Shown one piece after another: positions 25,240-35,057 of a stretch of DNA of 37,548 nucleotides. The notes below the pieces were generated by a model, which saw only the letters and a list, made by a program, of their open reading frames with translations, was not told the DNA's origin and did not search any database. This DNA comes from an uncultured Syntrophus sp. GTDB lineage: Bacteria; Desulfobacterota; Syntrophia; Syntrophales; UBA5619. Positions within the stretch are counted from its first letter, which is position 1. Each line of letters starts with the position of its first letter. The position numbers and the translations under genes were made by a program. Where the stretch lies: contig CAYOGU010000001.1 in the NCBI GenBank assembly GCA_964403345.1, forward strand, positions 1 through 37,548. Reading direction: 5' to 3'.

Positions 25240-26499
25240 TTACCCTTTCTTCTGCTGTTCTTTCTTGTATTCGAGAACCATCTCCTTCATCTCCGCGGCG
25301 AGCCCGACCGTGTCATAGACACGTTCGCCGCCGTAGATCCGGATCCGGGCGTTGAGATCCTTCGTCCCTTCCCTCAGGATTTCCAAGGACTCCTTCTCCT
25401 TGTTGCCCGCCAGGAGCAGCATGACCGGGAAGCCGGGATATTTGGGCAGTTCCTCCCTCAGGGCCTTGACGACGCCGTGGGCATGGTGCCACTGTTCCTG
25501 ATTGGCGGCCATGAATCCGCCCAGCATGTAGCCATCAATGCCAGGCTGGGAGAAGACGAGCTTGGCCGCGCGGTAGACCTTGGAGGCAGGGGGGTTGCCG
25601 CTCGTATCGGCGAAGTCGGGGACCCGGAGGCCCTGCTTGTTGAGGCCGTCGACGCCGAGCATGGCGCCACCGCCGCCCATGCCGTGATAACCGATCGTCC
25701 CGAAGCACTCCCCCTTGATCTGGTTGTTCATCTCGGCGAAGTAGCAGGTCCCACGGAGATCCTTCTCCTCCACCCACCAGGCGATCTTGTCCAGCTCCGT
25801 GGGGGGCGTTCCCGACTCGCGGGCCACCTCGATCCCCAGTTCGGGATGGCGGATGGCGGAGGAGTCGTCGATGGAAAGCCGGCAGTCGCTGGCCAGGACC
25901 TTGCCGTCCTTGGTGACGACCATGGGGTTGATCTCGATGAGGCGGCAACCGAAATTCTTGAAGGTTTCGTACAGTCCGACCAGGAGGCGGGCGACCTGGG
26001 TGATGTGTGCGCTGGGAACCCTGACCTTGTTGGCGAGGTTGAGGGCGTCGTAGATCTTGAAGCCGCGGATGACATCGATGTTCATCATGGCGATCTTGTC
26101 GCCGGGGACCGATTCGATGTCCATGCCGCCCTCGGTGGAGAACATGAAGACGGGGCAGCGGGCGTCGGCCTGGGCGTTCACAACGATACCCGCATAGTAT
26201 TCCCGGTCGATGGCCAGCTTCTCCTCGACCAGGACCTTCTCCACCAGGTAACCCTTGATCGTGGCCCCCAGGAGGGCGGCCGCCTGTTTCTCAGCCTCGG
26301 CAGGGGTATCGGCAAACTTTACGCCGCCCGCCTTCCCGCGGCCGCCGGTCCAGATCTGGACCTTGATGACAACGGGTTTTCCCAGTTTTTCTGCAATCTT
26401 TCTGGCTTCTTCCGGGGTCTTGGCGACAGCCCCTTCGGGGATCGGCATCTTGGCAATCTTGAACAACGCTTTACCCTCATGCTCATTTAAACGAGCCAT
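25240..26499 (-). CDS. NDP-forming acyl-CoA synthetase beta subunit (ATP-grasp), SucC-like
   Basis: 419 aa. 'LNEHEGKALF', 'VVIKVQIWTGGRGKAGGVKF' and 'YAGIV' resemble the SucC N-terminal ATP-grasp. The C-terminal ligase-CoA region is divergent ('DFADTSGNPP' where SucC has 'NFLDVGGGA'). RBS TAGGAGG. Confidence 0.8.
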   Translation of the reverse strand: MARLNEHEGKALFKIAKMPIPEGAVAKTPEEARKIAEKLGKPVVIKVQIWTGGRGKAGGVKFADTPAEAEKQAAALLGATIKGYLVEKVLVEEKLAIDREYYAGIVVNAQADARCPVFMFSTEGGMDIESVPGDKIAMMNIDVIRGFKIYDALNLANKVRVPSAHITQVARLLVGLYETFKNFGCRLIEINPMVVTKDGKVLASDCRLSIDDSSAIRHPELGIEVARESGTPPTELDKIAWWVEEKDLRGTCYFAEMNNQIKGECFGTIGYHGMGGGGAMLGVDGLNKQGLRVPDFADTSGNPPASKVYRAAKLVFSQPGIDGYMLGGFMAANQEQWHHAHGVVKALREELPKYPGFPVMLLLAGNKEKESLEILREGTKDLNARIRIYGGERVYDTVGLAAEMKEMVLEYKKEQQKKG

Positions 26500-26745
26500 A
26501 CCTACCTCCTAAGACGTTCGATTGTTTCAATTTTCCATCCGATTGCTCGGATTGCTTCCGCGCAGACTTTTCGACCTCCCCTGCCCCGGGCCGTTCACCC
26601 CTGGGACCGTTCCGGTGCAACAAAAGGTGTAATAAAAAATGAAGGGAAGGCTAAATTTTTAACAGACGGGTTTTGAGATGTCAATACGAAACCCCTTTCT
26701 CCGATTTCATCGGGCTGGGACCTGGTCGGCCTTTGGGTGGAGCGT

Positions 26746-26760
26746 ATCTGGTTACCAGAT
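26746..26760. promoter_or_regulatory. Palindrome ATCTGGT-T-ACCAGAT abutting the -12 element (candidate operator at the predicted transcription start)
   Basis: 7-bp perfect arms with a 1-nt spacer, lying within 2 nt downstream (in the minus sense) of the TTGC -12 box. Confidence 0.35.
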
Positions 26761-26761
26761 A

Positions 26762-26776
26762 GCAATATGGGTGCCA
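26762..26776 (-). promoter_or_regulatory. Sigma-54 (-24/-12) promoter
   Basis: The minus strand reads TTGGCACCCATATTGCT, that is TGGCAC-N5-TTGC with exact GG/GC spacing. It sits about 260 nt upstream of the sucC-like ATG at 26499, in an AT-rich gap. Confidence 0.75.
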
Positions 26777-26833
26777 ATAGGTGAAACAACTCGGGCTTTT
26801 CACTGAAAAGGAACTTAGATTTTTCTCTTTGAA

Positions 26834-26846
26834 TATCAAGATATTG
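26834..26846. promoter_or_regulatory. IHF-type bending site
   Basis: TATCAAGATATTG matches WATCAANNNNTTR exactly. It lies between the sigma-54 core promoter and the upstream palindromes. Confidence 0.45.
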
Positions 26847-26924
26847 ACAATGCAAGAGGGGAAAGGACGACCGTTTGCAGGGCGGAACGGCTTCAGGGGA
26901 ATCACCTGCCCGGAGGGCCAAAAA

Positions 26925-26939
26925 GTGCGGATATCGCAC
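26925..26939. promoter_or_regulatory. Candidate enhancer-binding-protein site 1 (GTGC-N7-GCAC)
   Basis: aGTGCGGATATCGCACt. The arms AGTGCG and CGCACT are perfect reverse complements. About 150 bp upstream of the -24 element. Confidence 0.5.
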
Positions 26940-26992
26940 TGGATGCCTCATCGGTCCGAGGGATCAAGGCCACTGCTCGTAGAAAGGCGGAT

Positions 26993-27007
26993 GTGCGTAT
27001 CAAGCAC
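26993..27007. promoter_or_regulatory. Candidate enhancer-binding-protein site 2 (GTGC-N7-GCAC)
   Basis: atGTGCGTATCAAGCACat, with complementary arms ATGTGC and GCACAT. Confidence 0.5.
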
Positions 27008-27012
27008 ATATT

Positions 27013-27027
27013 GTGCTTTTGCGGCAC
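27013..27027. promoter_or_regulatory. Candidate enhancer-binding-protein site 3 (GTGC-N7-GCAC)
   Basis: tGTGCTTTTGCGGCACa, with complementary arms TGTGC and GCACA. Its start is 20 bp (two helical turns) from the start of site 2. Confidence 0.5.
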
Positions 27028-27147
27028 ACCCAAGAGACTCCTCGCCGGGACCTCCCGGGATTCAGGGGGACCACGGGGAGAGTCAAAGATCCCGATGACA
27101 ATCGGACGGTGCAGACCGCCTGCAATGCGCTCCCCATTCCCCCGCAC

Positions 27148-27762
27148 TTACCGGGATGCGGCCAGGTATCCCTTGGCCAGGGCCGTATTCACATGGACCA
27201 CCCCTCGGTTCATTTCCCGGAGGGGATAGTCGTCGGTGATCGCCGGCAGGGCGTCGGCGTCGGCCTGATTCCGGATGACCGAGCCGGCCGGACAGTAACG
27301 GCGGTCGGCGACGCGGACCCCCATCAGGATCACGCCGGGCTCGATCACGCAGCCCCGGCCCACCTCGGACCGGAACACCAGGCTCTTCATCCCGACGAAG
27401 GTGTCGTCCAGGACGACGGCCGGACCGTGGATCTGGACCTGGTGGGCGAGAGAGACCCGGTTGCCCACGTACACGGCGTAAAAAGCCCCGGCCACCTCGC
27501 GCAGATTCTTCTCCACGGGCTTCCCTTTCAACTCGGTTTCGAGGGCGTGGATGACCACGCCGTCCTGGATGTTCGAGTCGTCGCCGATGTGGAGCGGTTG
27601 CCCCTCGTCGCCGCGCACGGAGGCCGTCGGGGCCACCATCACGTTCTTTCCCAGACGGACGTTCCCGATCACCGCCGCCAGGGGGTGCACATAGGCCGTC
27701 GGATCAATCTGAGGCGCCGTCACCGTCGGGGAGAAGTCCGTGGCCACATTCTTTTCAATCAT
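27148..27762 (-). CDS. Gamma-class carbonic anhydrase (Cam-type, left-handed beta-helix)
   Basis: 204 aa. Hexapeptide repeats with the three metal His in Cam-like spacing ('VVIHALE', 'AHQVQIHG'). Confidence 0.7.
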   Translation of the reverse strand: MIEKNVATDFSPTVTAPQIDPTAYVHPLAAVIGNVRLGKNVMVAPTASVRGDEGQPLHIGDDSNIQDGVVIHALETELKGKPVEKNLREVAGAFYAVYVGNRVSLAHQVQIHGPAVVLDDTFVGMKSLVFRSEVGRGCVIEPGVILMGVRVADRRYCPAGSVIRNQADADALPAITDDYPLREMNRGVVHVNTALAKGYLAASR

Positions 27763-27816
27763 CGATCCACCTCCATTCCCAAGATATTCTCTCCGTCCCG
27801 GCCAGGGGGCCCGGCC

Positions 27817-28425
27817 TCAGGCACGCGCCCTCCTGACGAGTTCCTCCCAGAGTTCCAAAACAGCCCGGCGGGTCTGTTCGATCGGACCGTCGTTGCGGAC
27901 AACCCGGTCCGCCCAGGGGACTTTTTCATCGATGGGCATCTGCGAGGCCAAGCGGGCCTCGGCCTCTTCGCGGCTCCAGCCGTTGCGCTCCATCAGCCTC
28001 CGGATCTGCTCCTCCTGAGGGATATGGACCAGGAGGACCCAATCGACCCGATCCCGAAGTCCCGCTTCGACGAGCAGCGGAATGTCGGACAGAACCACGG
28101 CCTCCGGCCGTTCCCTCCGAATCCGGTCGATCCTCGCCTCCCATTCGGCCAGGACGGCCGGATGGACCAGACGGTTGAGGAGGGCGAGCTTTTCGTGATC
28201 GGCAAAGACGATGGCACCGAGCCTGCGGCGGTCGATCGTCCGGTCCTCGCCGAGGATCCCCTCTCCGAAATGCTCGACGATCGCCTTCCAGACCGGCCGT
28301 CCCGGCGCCTCAACGTCGTGGGCGATCTCGTCGAAATCAATGACGATCGCCCCCAGTTCTGCAAGCATCCGGGCGACGGTCGATTTGCCGCTGGCGATCC
28401 CGCCTGTCAGGCCCACATTCAACAT
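27817..28425 (-). CDS. coaE: Dephospho-CoA kinase
   Basis: 202 aa. N-terminal 'GLTGGIASGKST' P-loop and typical CoaE length. Confidence 0.9.
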   Translation of the reverse strand: MLNVGLTGGIASGKSTVARMLAELGAIVIDFDEIAHDVEAPGRPVWKAIVEHFGEGILGEDRTIDRRRLGAIVFADHEKLALLNRLVHPAVLAEWEARIDRIRRERPEAVVLSDIPLLVEAGLRDRVDWVLLVHIPQEEQIRRLMERNGWSREEAEARLASQMPIDEKVPWADRVVRNDGPIEQTRRAVLELWEELVRRARA

Positions 28426-28443
28426 CTTTCCCTTTTATCACCC

Positions 28444-28617
28444 TGAGAATCGGATCACCGGCAGCGCGCATTGGAGATTTTTCGGGCACCCTGTCCCCGC
28501 AGCACAGCGACCGCAAAGACGACTGTTTGAGCGCGGAGCGCGAGTTTCGTCTTTGCAGCGAAGCGAGGAGGCACAGGGTCGAAAAAGGTCCAGCGCGCAA
28601 AGGGATCCGTATTCTCA
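28444..28617. repeat. About 175-bp long imperfect palindrome (MITE/REP-like element or structured RNA)
   Basis: Nested complementary segments: TGAGAATCGGATC/GATCCGTATTCTCA, TTTTTCG/CGAAAAA, ACCCTGT/ACAGGGT and GCAAAGACGA/TCGTCTTTGC (10-bp perfect, 28513-28522 with 28547-28556). It lies between coaX and coaE. Confidence 0.65.
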
Positions 28618-28635
28618 ATTTGCAGCAAGACCCCT

Positions 28636-29415
28636 TCAAGAGGAGGGATCTGTCCGGTTCCGCATGAAGATGATCCGGAGTCCCTCGAGGGTCAACATCT
28701 CATCGACCTGATCGATCTGCTTGGCCTCGCCGGCGATCACCTTCGCCAGGCCGCCGGTCGCGATCACGAGGGGGTCTGTGCCGGCCTCGGCCTTCATCCG
28801 CCCCACGATCCCGTCCACGAGGCCCGCATAGCCGTACATGATCCCGGCCTGCATGCCGCTCACCGTATCCTTCGTGATCACGAGCCGGGGCTTGCTGAAC
28901 TCCACCCTCGGGAGCTTCGAGGCCCGAGTGAAGAGGGCCTCGCTCGATATCATGATCCCCGGGGCGATGCAGCCCCCCATGTATTCCCCTTTCGGCGAGA
29001 CGTAGTCGAAGGTCGTGGCCGTGCCGAAATCGACGATGATCAGGGACCGGCGATGTTTCTCGTATGCGGCCACGGCATTGACGATCCGGTCCGCCCCCAC
29101 CTCCCGGGGGTTGTCGTAGAAGATCGGCATCCCCGTCTTGATGCCCGGTCCCACGATAAGCGGCGTGATGCCGAAGTACCGCTGGCAGAGGGGCTCCAGG
29201 ATATTGAGCATCGGCGGGACGACGCAGGAGATGATGATGTCCCGGATGGCCTTCGAACTGATCCGGCTGTTCTTGTAAAGGTTCAGGATCAGCATCCCGT
29301 ACTCGTCGACGGTATGGTCGATGACCGTCCGGATCCGCCAGTCGTGGACCAGGTCCTGGCCGTCGTAAAGCCCCAGGACCGTGTTCGTATTCCCCACATC
29401 GATGACCAGAAGCAT
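28636..29415 (-). CDS. coaX: Type III pantothenate kinase
   Basis: '[17 protein letters not shown]' and 'GADR' motifs. ATG at 29415 follows AAGGAG at 7 nt. The track's GTG at 29445 has no usable RBS spacing. Confidence 0.85.
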   Translation of the reverse strand: MLLVIDVGNTNTVLGLYDGQDLVHDWRIRTVIDHTVDEYGMLILNLYKNSRISSKAIRDIIISCVVPPMLNILEPLCQRYFGITPLIVGPGIKTGMPIFYDNPREVGADRIVNAVAAYEKHRRSLIIVDFGTATTFDYVSPKGEYMGGCIAPGIMISSEALFTRASKLPRVEFSKPRLVITKDTVSGMQAGIMYGYAGLVDGIVGRMKAEAGTDPLVIATGGLAKVIAGEAKQIDQVDEMLTLEGLRIIFMRNRTDPSS

Positions 29416-29452
29416 CTCCCCACTCCTTAAGCGGTGACTCGGCACCTCACCT

Positions 29453-30295
29453 TCATTTCAGGATCGTGGCGTCGCCCGCCGTGATCCTCCTGAGGCCCCC
29501 CGCGGCGTCCGTCAGAAGGAGCGCCCCGTCCCGGTCGATCCCCGAGACCCGGCCTTCCTGGAGTTCCTCCCGGAAGAGGATCCGGACGGACTTCCCCACC
29601 ATCCCGGATCGGGCGAGCCAGGCTTCCCGGACCGTTGCGAAGCCCTGCCCCAAATAGAGACGGTACCATCTCTCGAAATGGCGGCACAGGGCAAAGGCCA
29701 CATCCGGGCGGCTATGGGTTCGTCCCGCCTCCTCCCTGAGCGACGTAGCGCTCGCGCGATGCGCGGGATCGAAGCGGTCCCGGGGGATGTTCACGTTCAG
29801 CCCGATCCCCACGACGAGGGCCCCGAGGCCCCCTTTCTCCATCCTGGCCTCGGCCAGGATCCCGCAGACCTTCCGCCCCCGGATCTGGACGTCGTTGGGC
29901 CACTTGAGCCCCACGCCCGCAATGCCCAGATCGGCGATCATTTCGGCGACGGCGACCCCCGCCATGAGGGTGACCTGGGCGGCATCCGCCAGTGCGATGG
30001 CCGGTCGCAGGATGACGGAAAGGTAGAGATTCAAACCGGGGGGCGACTGCCAGACCCGCTGCAACCGTCCTCTTCCCGCGCTCTGGGACTCGGCGATCAC
30101 CAAAGTCCCCTCGGGCGCCCCTTCCCGGACGAGTCCCACGGCCAGGCGGTTCGTCGAATCCACCGTCGGATAATGGCGGATCTGCCAGGCGATCTCGCCT
30201 CCGGCCAGCCGCGCCTGCAGCGCCTGCGCGTCGAACGCGTCCCCTTCGCCTCTTACTTCAGAAGGAGGGTCTTGCCCTGAATGGTCAATCCCCAT
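29453..30295 (-). CDS. birA: Biotin-[acetyl-CoA-carboxylase] ligase (group I, no obvious N-terminal HTH)
   Basis: Contains '[14 protein letters not shown]' (the BirA GRGRxGRxW loop) and 'KWPNDV'. The start is ambiguous: the ATG at 30385 would add 30 low-complexity residues. Confidence 0.8.
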   Translation of the reverse strand: MGIDHSGQDPPSEVRGEGDAFDAQALQARLAGGEIAWQIRHYPTVDSTNRLAVGLVREGAPEGTLVIAESQSAGRGRLQRVWQSPPGLNLYLSVILRPAIALADAAQVTLMAGVAVAEMIADLGIAGVGLKWPNDVQIRGRKVCGILAEARMEKGGLGALVVGIGLNVNIPRDRFDPAHRASATSLREEAGRTHSRPDVAFALCRHFERWYRLYLGQGFATVREAWLARSGMVGKSVRILFREELQEGRVSGIDRDGALLLTDAAGGLRRITAGDATILK

Positions 30296-30390
30296 GATGC
30301 GGCACCCATCCTGCCGAAAAGATCCCTTTGCCAAATCGAAAGATGTCCTGAGCGTGGGGGAAGACGGTCTTCCGACCGGGCCCATTCTTT

Positions 30391-31260
30391 TCAGCCGGAC
30401 GCCCCGGGAGAAGGGGGCCTCACCTCGGTCACGTTGAGGGAGATGTCCGCCGCAGGCGCGGAATGGGTGAGGGCCCCCACGGAGATCAGATCGACCCCCG
30501 TCTCGGCCACCCCCCGCACCCTCTCCAGGGTCATGTTGCCCGATGCCTCCAGGGGGACCTTCCCGGCGACGCGTCGGACCGCCCGGGCCGTCTCATCGAG
30601 TCCCATGTTGTCCAGAAGGACCGCATCCGCCCCGGCGGCAAGGGCCTCCTCCAAGCCGGCCAGGTCGCGCACCTCGACCTCGATCTTCAGCGTATGGGGG
30701 ATCCGTTCGCGGACGCGCCGCACCGCCACGCCGATCCCGCCGGCCGCGGTGATGTGGTTGTCCTTGATCAGGACGCCGTCGTAGAGGGCAAAGCGGTGGT
30801 TTGCGCCCCCACCCGCCCGGACGGCGTATTTGTCGAGGATCCGCAGGCCCGGCATCGTCTTCCGGGTGTCCAGGATCCTCGCCTGGGTCCCCGCGACGGC
30901 ATCCGCGTAGCGCCGGGTCATCGTGGCGATCCCGCACATCCGCTGGAGGAGGTTCAGGGCCACCCTTTCGGCGGTCAGGATGGAAGCGAGACGTCCCGAG
31001 ACCTCCGCCAGGGGTTCCCCCCTGTCCACCCGCTCCCCGTCCTTTCTGCAGGCCCTGAAGGTCAGGGTGGAATCGAGGGCATGGAAGACCTCCCCAAAGA
31101 CGTCGATCCCGGCCAGGACCAGAGGCTCTTTGGCCGTGGCCCGGGCGAGCCCCTGCTCGTCGCCGACAAGTGCGGCGGAGGTGGTGACGTCCCCGGCCCC
31201 GATGTCCTCATCGAGGGCCCTTCGGATCAGCTTGTCCAGGACCTGTTTCGACAGGTTCAT
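30391..31260 (-). CDS. nadC: Nicotinate-nucleotide diphosphorylase (carboxylating)
   Basis: 289 aa from 'MNLSKQVLDKLIRRALDEDIGAGDVT'. Contains 'ILDTRKT' and 'LLDNM' motifs. The upstream part of the ORF (to 31422) overlaps the valS 3' end. Confidence 0.9.
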   Translation of the reverse strand: MNLSKQVLDKLIRRALDEDIGAGDVTTSAALVGDEQGLARATAKEPLVLAGIDVFGEVFHALDSTLTFRACRKDGERVDRGEPLAEVSGRLASILTAERVALNLLQRMCGIATMTRRYADAVAGTQARILDTRKTMPGLRILDKYAVRAGGGANHRFALYDGVLIKDNHITAAGGIGVAVRRVRERIPHTLKIEVEVRDLAGLEEALAAGADAVLLDNMGLDETARAVRRVAGKVPLEASGNMTLERVRGVAETGVDLISVGALTHSAPAADISLNVTEVRPPSPGASG

Positions 31261-31267
31261 ATCGGCC

Positions 31268-33928
<2,661 letters not shown>

Positions 33929-33976
33929 GCGTTCTCTCCATTCAACACGTCGATTTTCCTACCATCTAAGAGGCCT

Positions 33977-34005
33977 TCCATATCTTCATCCCCTTTTGAA
34001 GTCAA
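33977..34005 (-). promoter_or_regulatory. Candidate sigma-70-type promoter for valS
   Basis: The minus strand reads TTGACT-N17-TATGGA, ending about 45 nt upstream of the valS ATG. The -10 matches only 4 of 6 positions. Confidence 0.3.
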
Positions 34006-34065
34006 GAAAATTCCCCCTCCGGACCCCTTCACGCCGCTTGGTCCGTTGTCGAGGCGGCGGGACAT

Positions 34066-35049
34066 TCAGCTGGCTCGACGGGGACCCGCCTCCTCATGAG
34101 CACCCCGGTCCCAGCGGTCCCCCGCCAGGAAGGGGGCGATCCGCCCGGCCGCCTCGTCGGCATCCTCCGGCGCGATCCAGAGGATCTCCGGGTCGGCGGC
34201 AAACCAGGTCTTCTGCCGCTTGGCATAACGGTAGGTATCGCGCTTGATCCCTTCGACCGCCCCGTCTAGATCCACCTTTCCCGCCAGATGGGCCAGGATG
34301 TGCCGATACCCCAGGGACTGCATGGGCTTGAGGGAGCCGTCGTAGCCCCTTGCCAGGAGCTGCCGGACCTCATCGACGAAGCCCGCGGCGATCATCGCGT
34401 CGGTCCTGGCCGCGATCCGCGCCTGGAGGGTCCCCCGCTCGGGCGCAAGACCGATCTTGAGGACCTCGTAGGGCCGCTCCTGGAAACGGTGTCCCTCCTG
34501 ATGCTCCACGATCGAGCGGCCCGTCAGCTCCAAGACCTCCAGGGCGCGGATGATCCGGATCCCGTCGTGGGGATGGATTCGCGCGGCGGCCCAGGCGTCC
34601 CGGAGCCGGAGTTTCTCGTAGAGGTGCTCTTTCCCGAACCGCTTCATCTCGTCCTTCAGGGTCCTCCGCAGGGCCTCATCGGCCCCGGGGCCGTGGATCA
34701 GCCCCCCCAGAAGGGCCCGGATGTAAAGGCCCGTGCCGCCCACGACGAAAACGGGGGTCCCCCCTTTCCGAAGGCGGTCCACTGCCTCGCGGGCCAGGAC
34801 GAGATACCTCGAAGCGTCGAAGGGCTCGTCGGGATCGACCACATCGATCAGGTGGTGGGGGACGGTCCGCTGGATTTCCCGGGAGGGCTTGGCCGTGCCG
34901 ATGTCCATCCCCCGGTAGACCTGCATCGAATCGGCGCTGACGATCTCGGCGTGCCACCGGCCGGCCAGATCCACGGCCATGGCTGTCTTGCCGGCGCCGG
35001 TCGGTCCGACCAGGACGACCAGGCGGGGTTTTTCCGTGGCGGCGCTCAT
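34066..35049 (-). CDS. miaA: tRNA dimethylallyltransferase
   Basis: 327 aa. 'LVVLVGPTGAGKTAMAVDLA' P-loop and 'IVSADSMQVYRGMDIGTAKP'. Confidence 0.9.
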   Translation of the reverse strand: MSAATEKPRLVVLVGPTGAGKTAMAVDLAGRWHAEIVSADSMQVYRGMDIGTAKPSREIQRTVPHHLIDVVDPDEPFDASRYLVLAREAVDRLRKGGTPVFVVGGTGLYIRALLGGLIHGPGADEALRRTLKDEMKRFGKEHLYEKLRLRDAWAAARIHPHDGIRIIRALEVLELTGRSIVEHQEGHRFQERPYEVLKIGLAPERGTLQARIAARTDAMIAAGFVDEVRQLLARGYDGSLKPMQSLGYRHILAHLAGKVDLDGAVEGIKRDTYRYAKRQKTWFAADPEILWIAPEDADEAAGRIAPFLAGDRWDRGAHEEAGPRRAS

Positions 35050-35057
35050 GGCTGGCC

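Noticed and set aside
26595-27098. ORFs of 74-118 aa on both strands in the sucC-upstream gap
   Set aside because: They have no RBS and atypical AT-rich composition. They cover the sigma-54 promoter, IHF site and UAS elements, so the region is better explained as regulatory DNA plus a 5' leader.
33929-34065. Possible T-box leader upstream of valS
   Set aside because: Only 137 nt are available, and I found no T-box consensus (AANNNGGGTGGTACCGCG-like) and no terminator/antiterminator pair.
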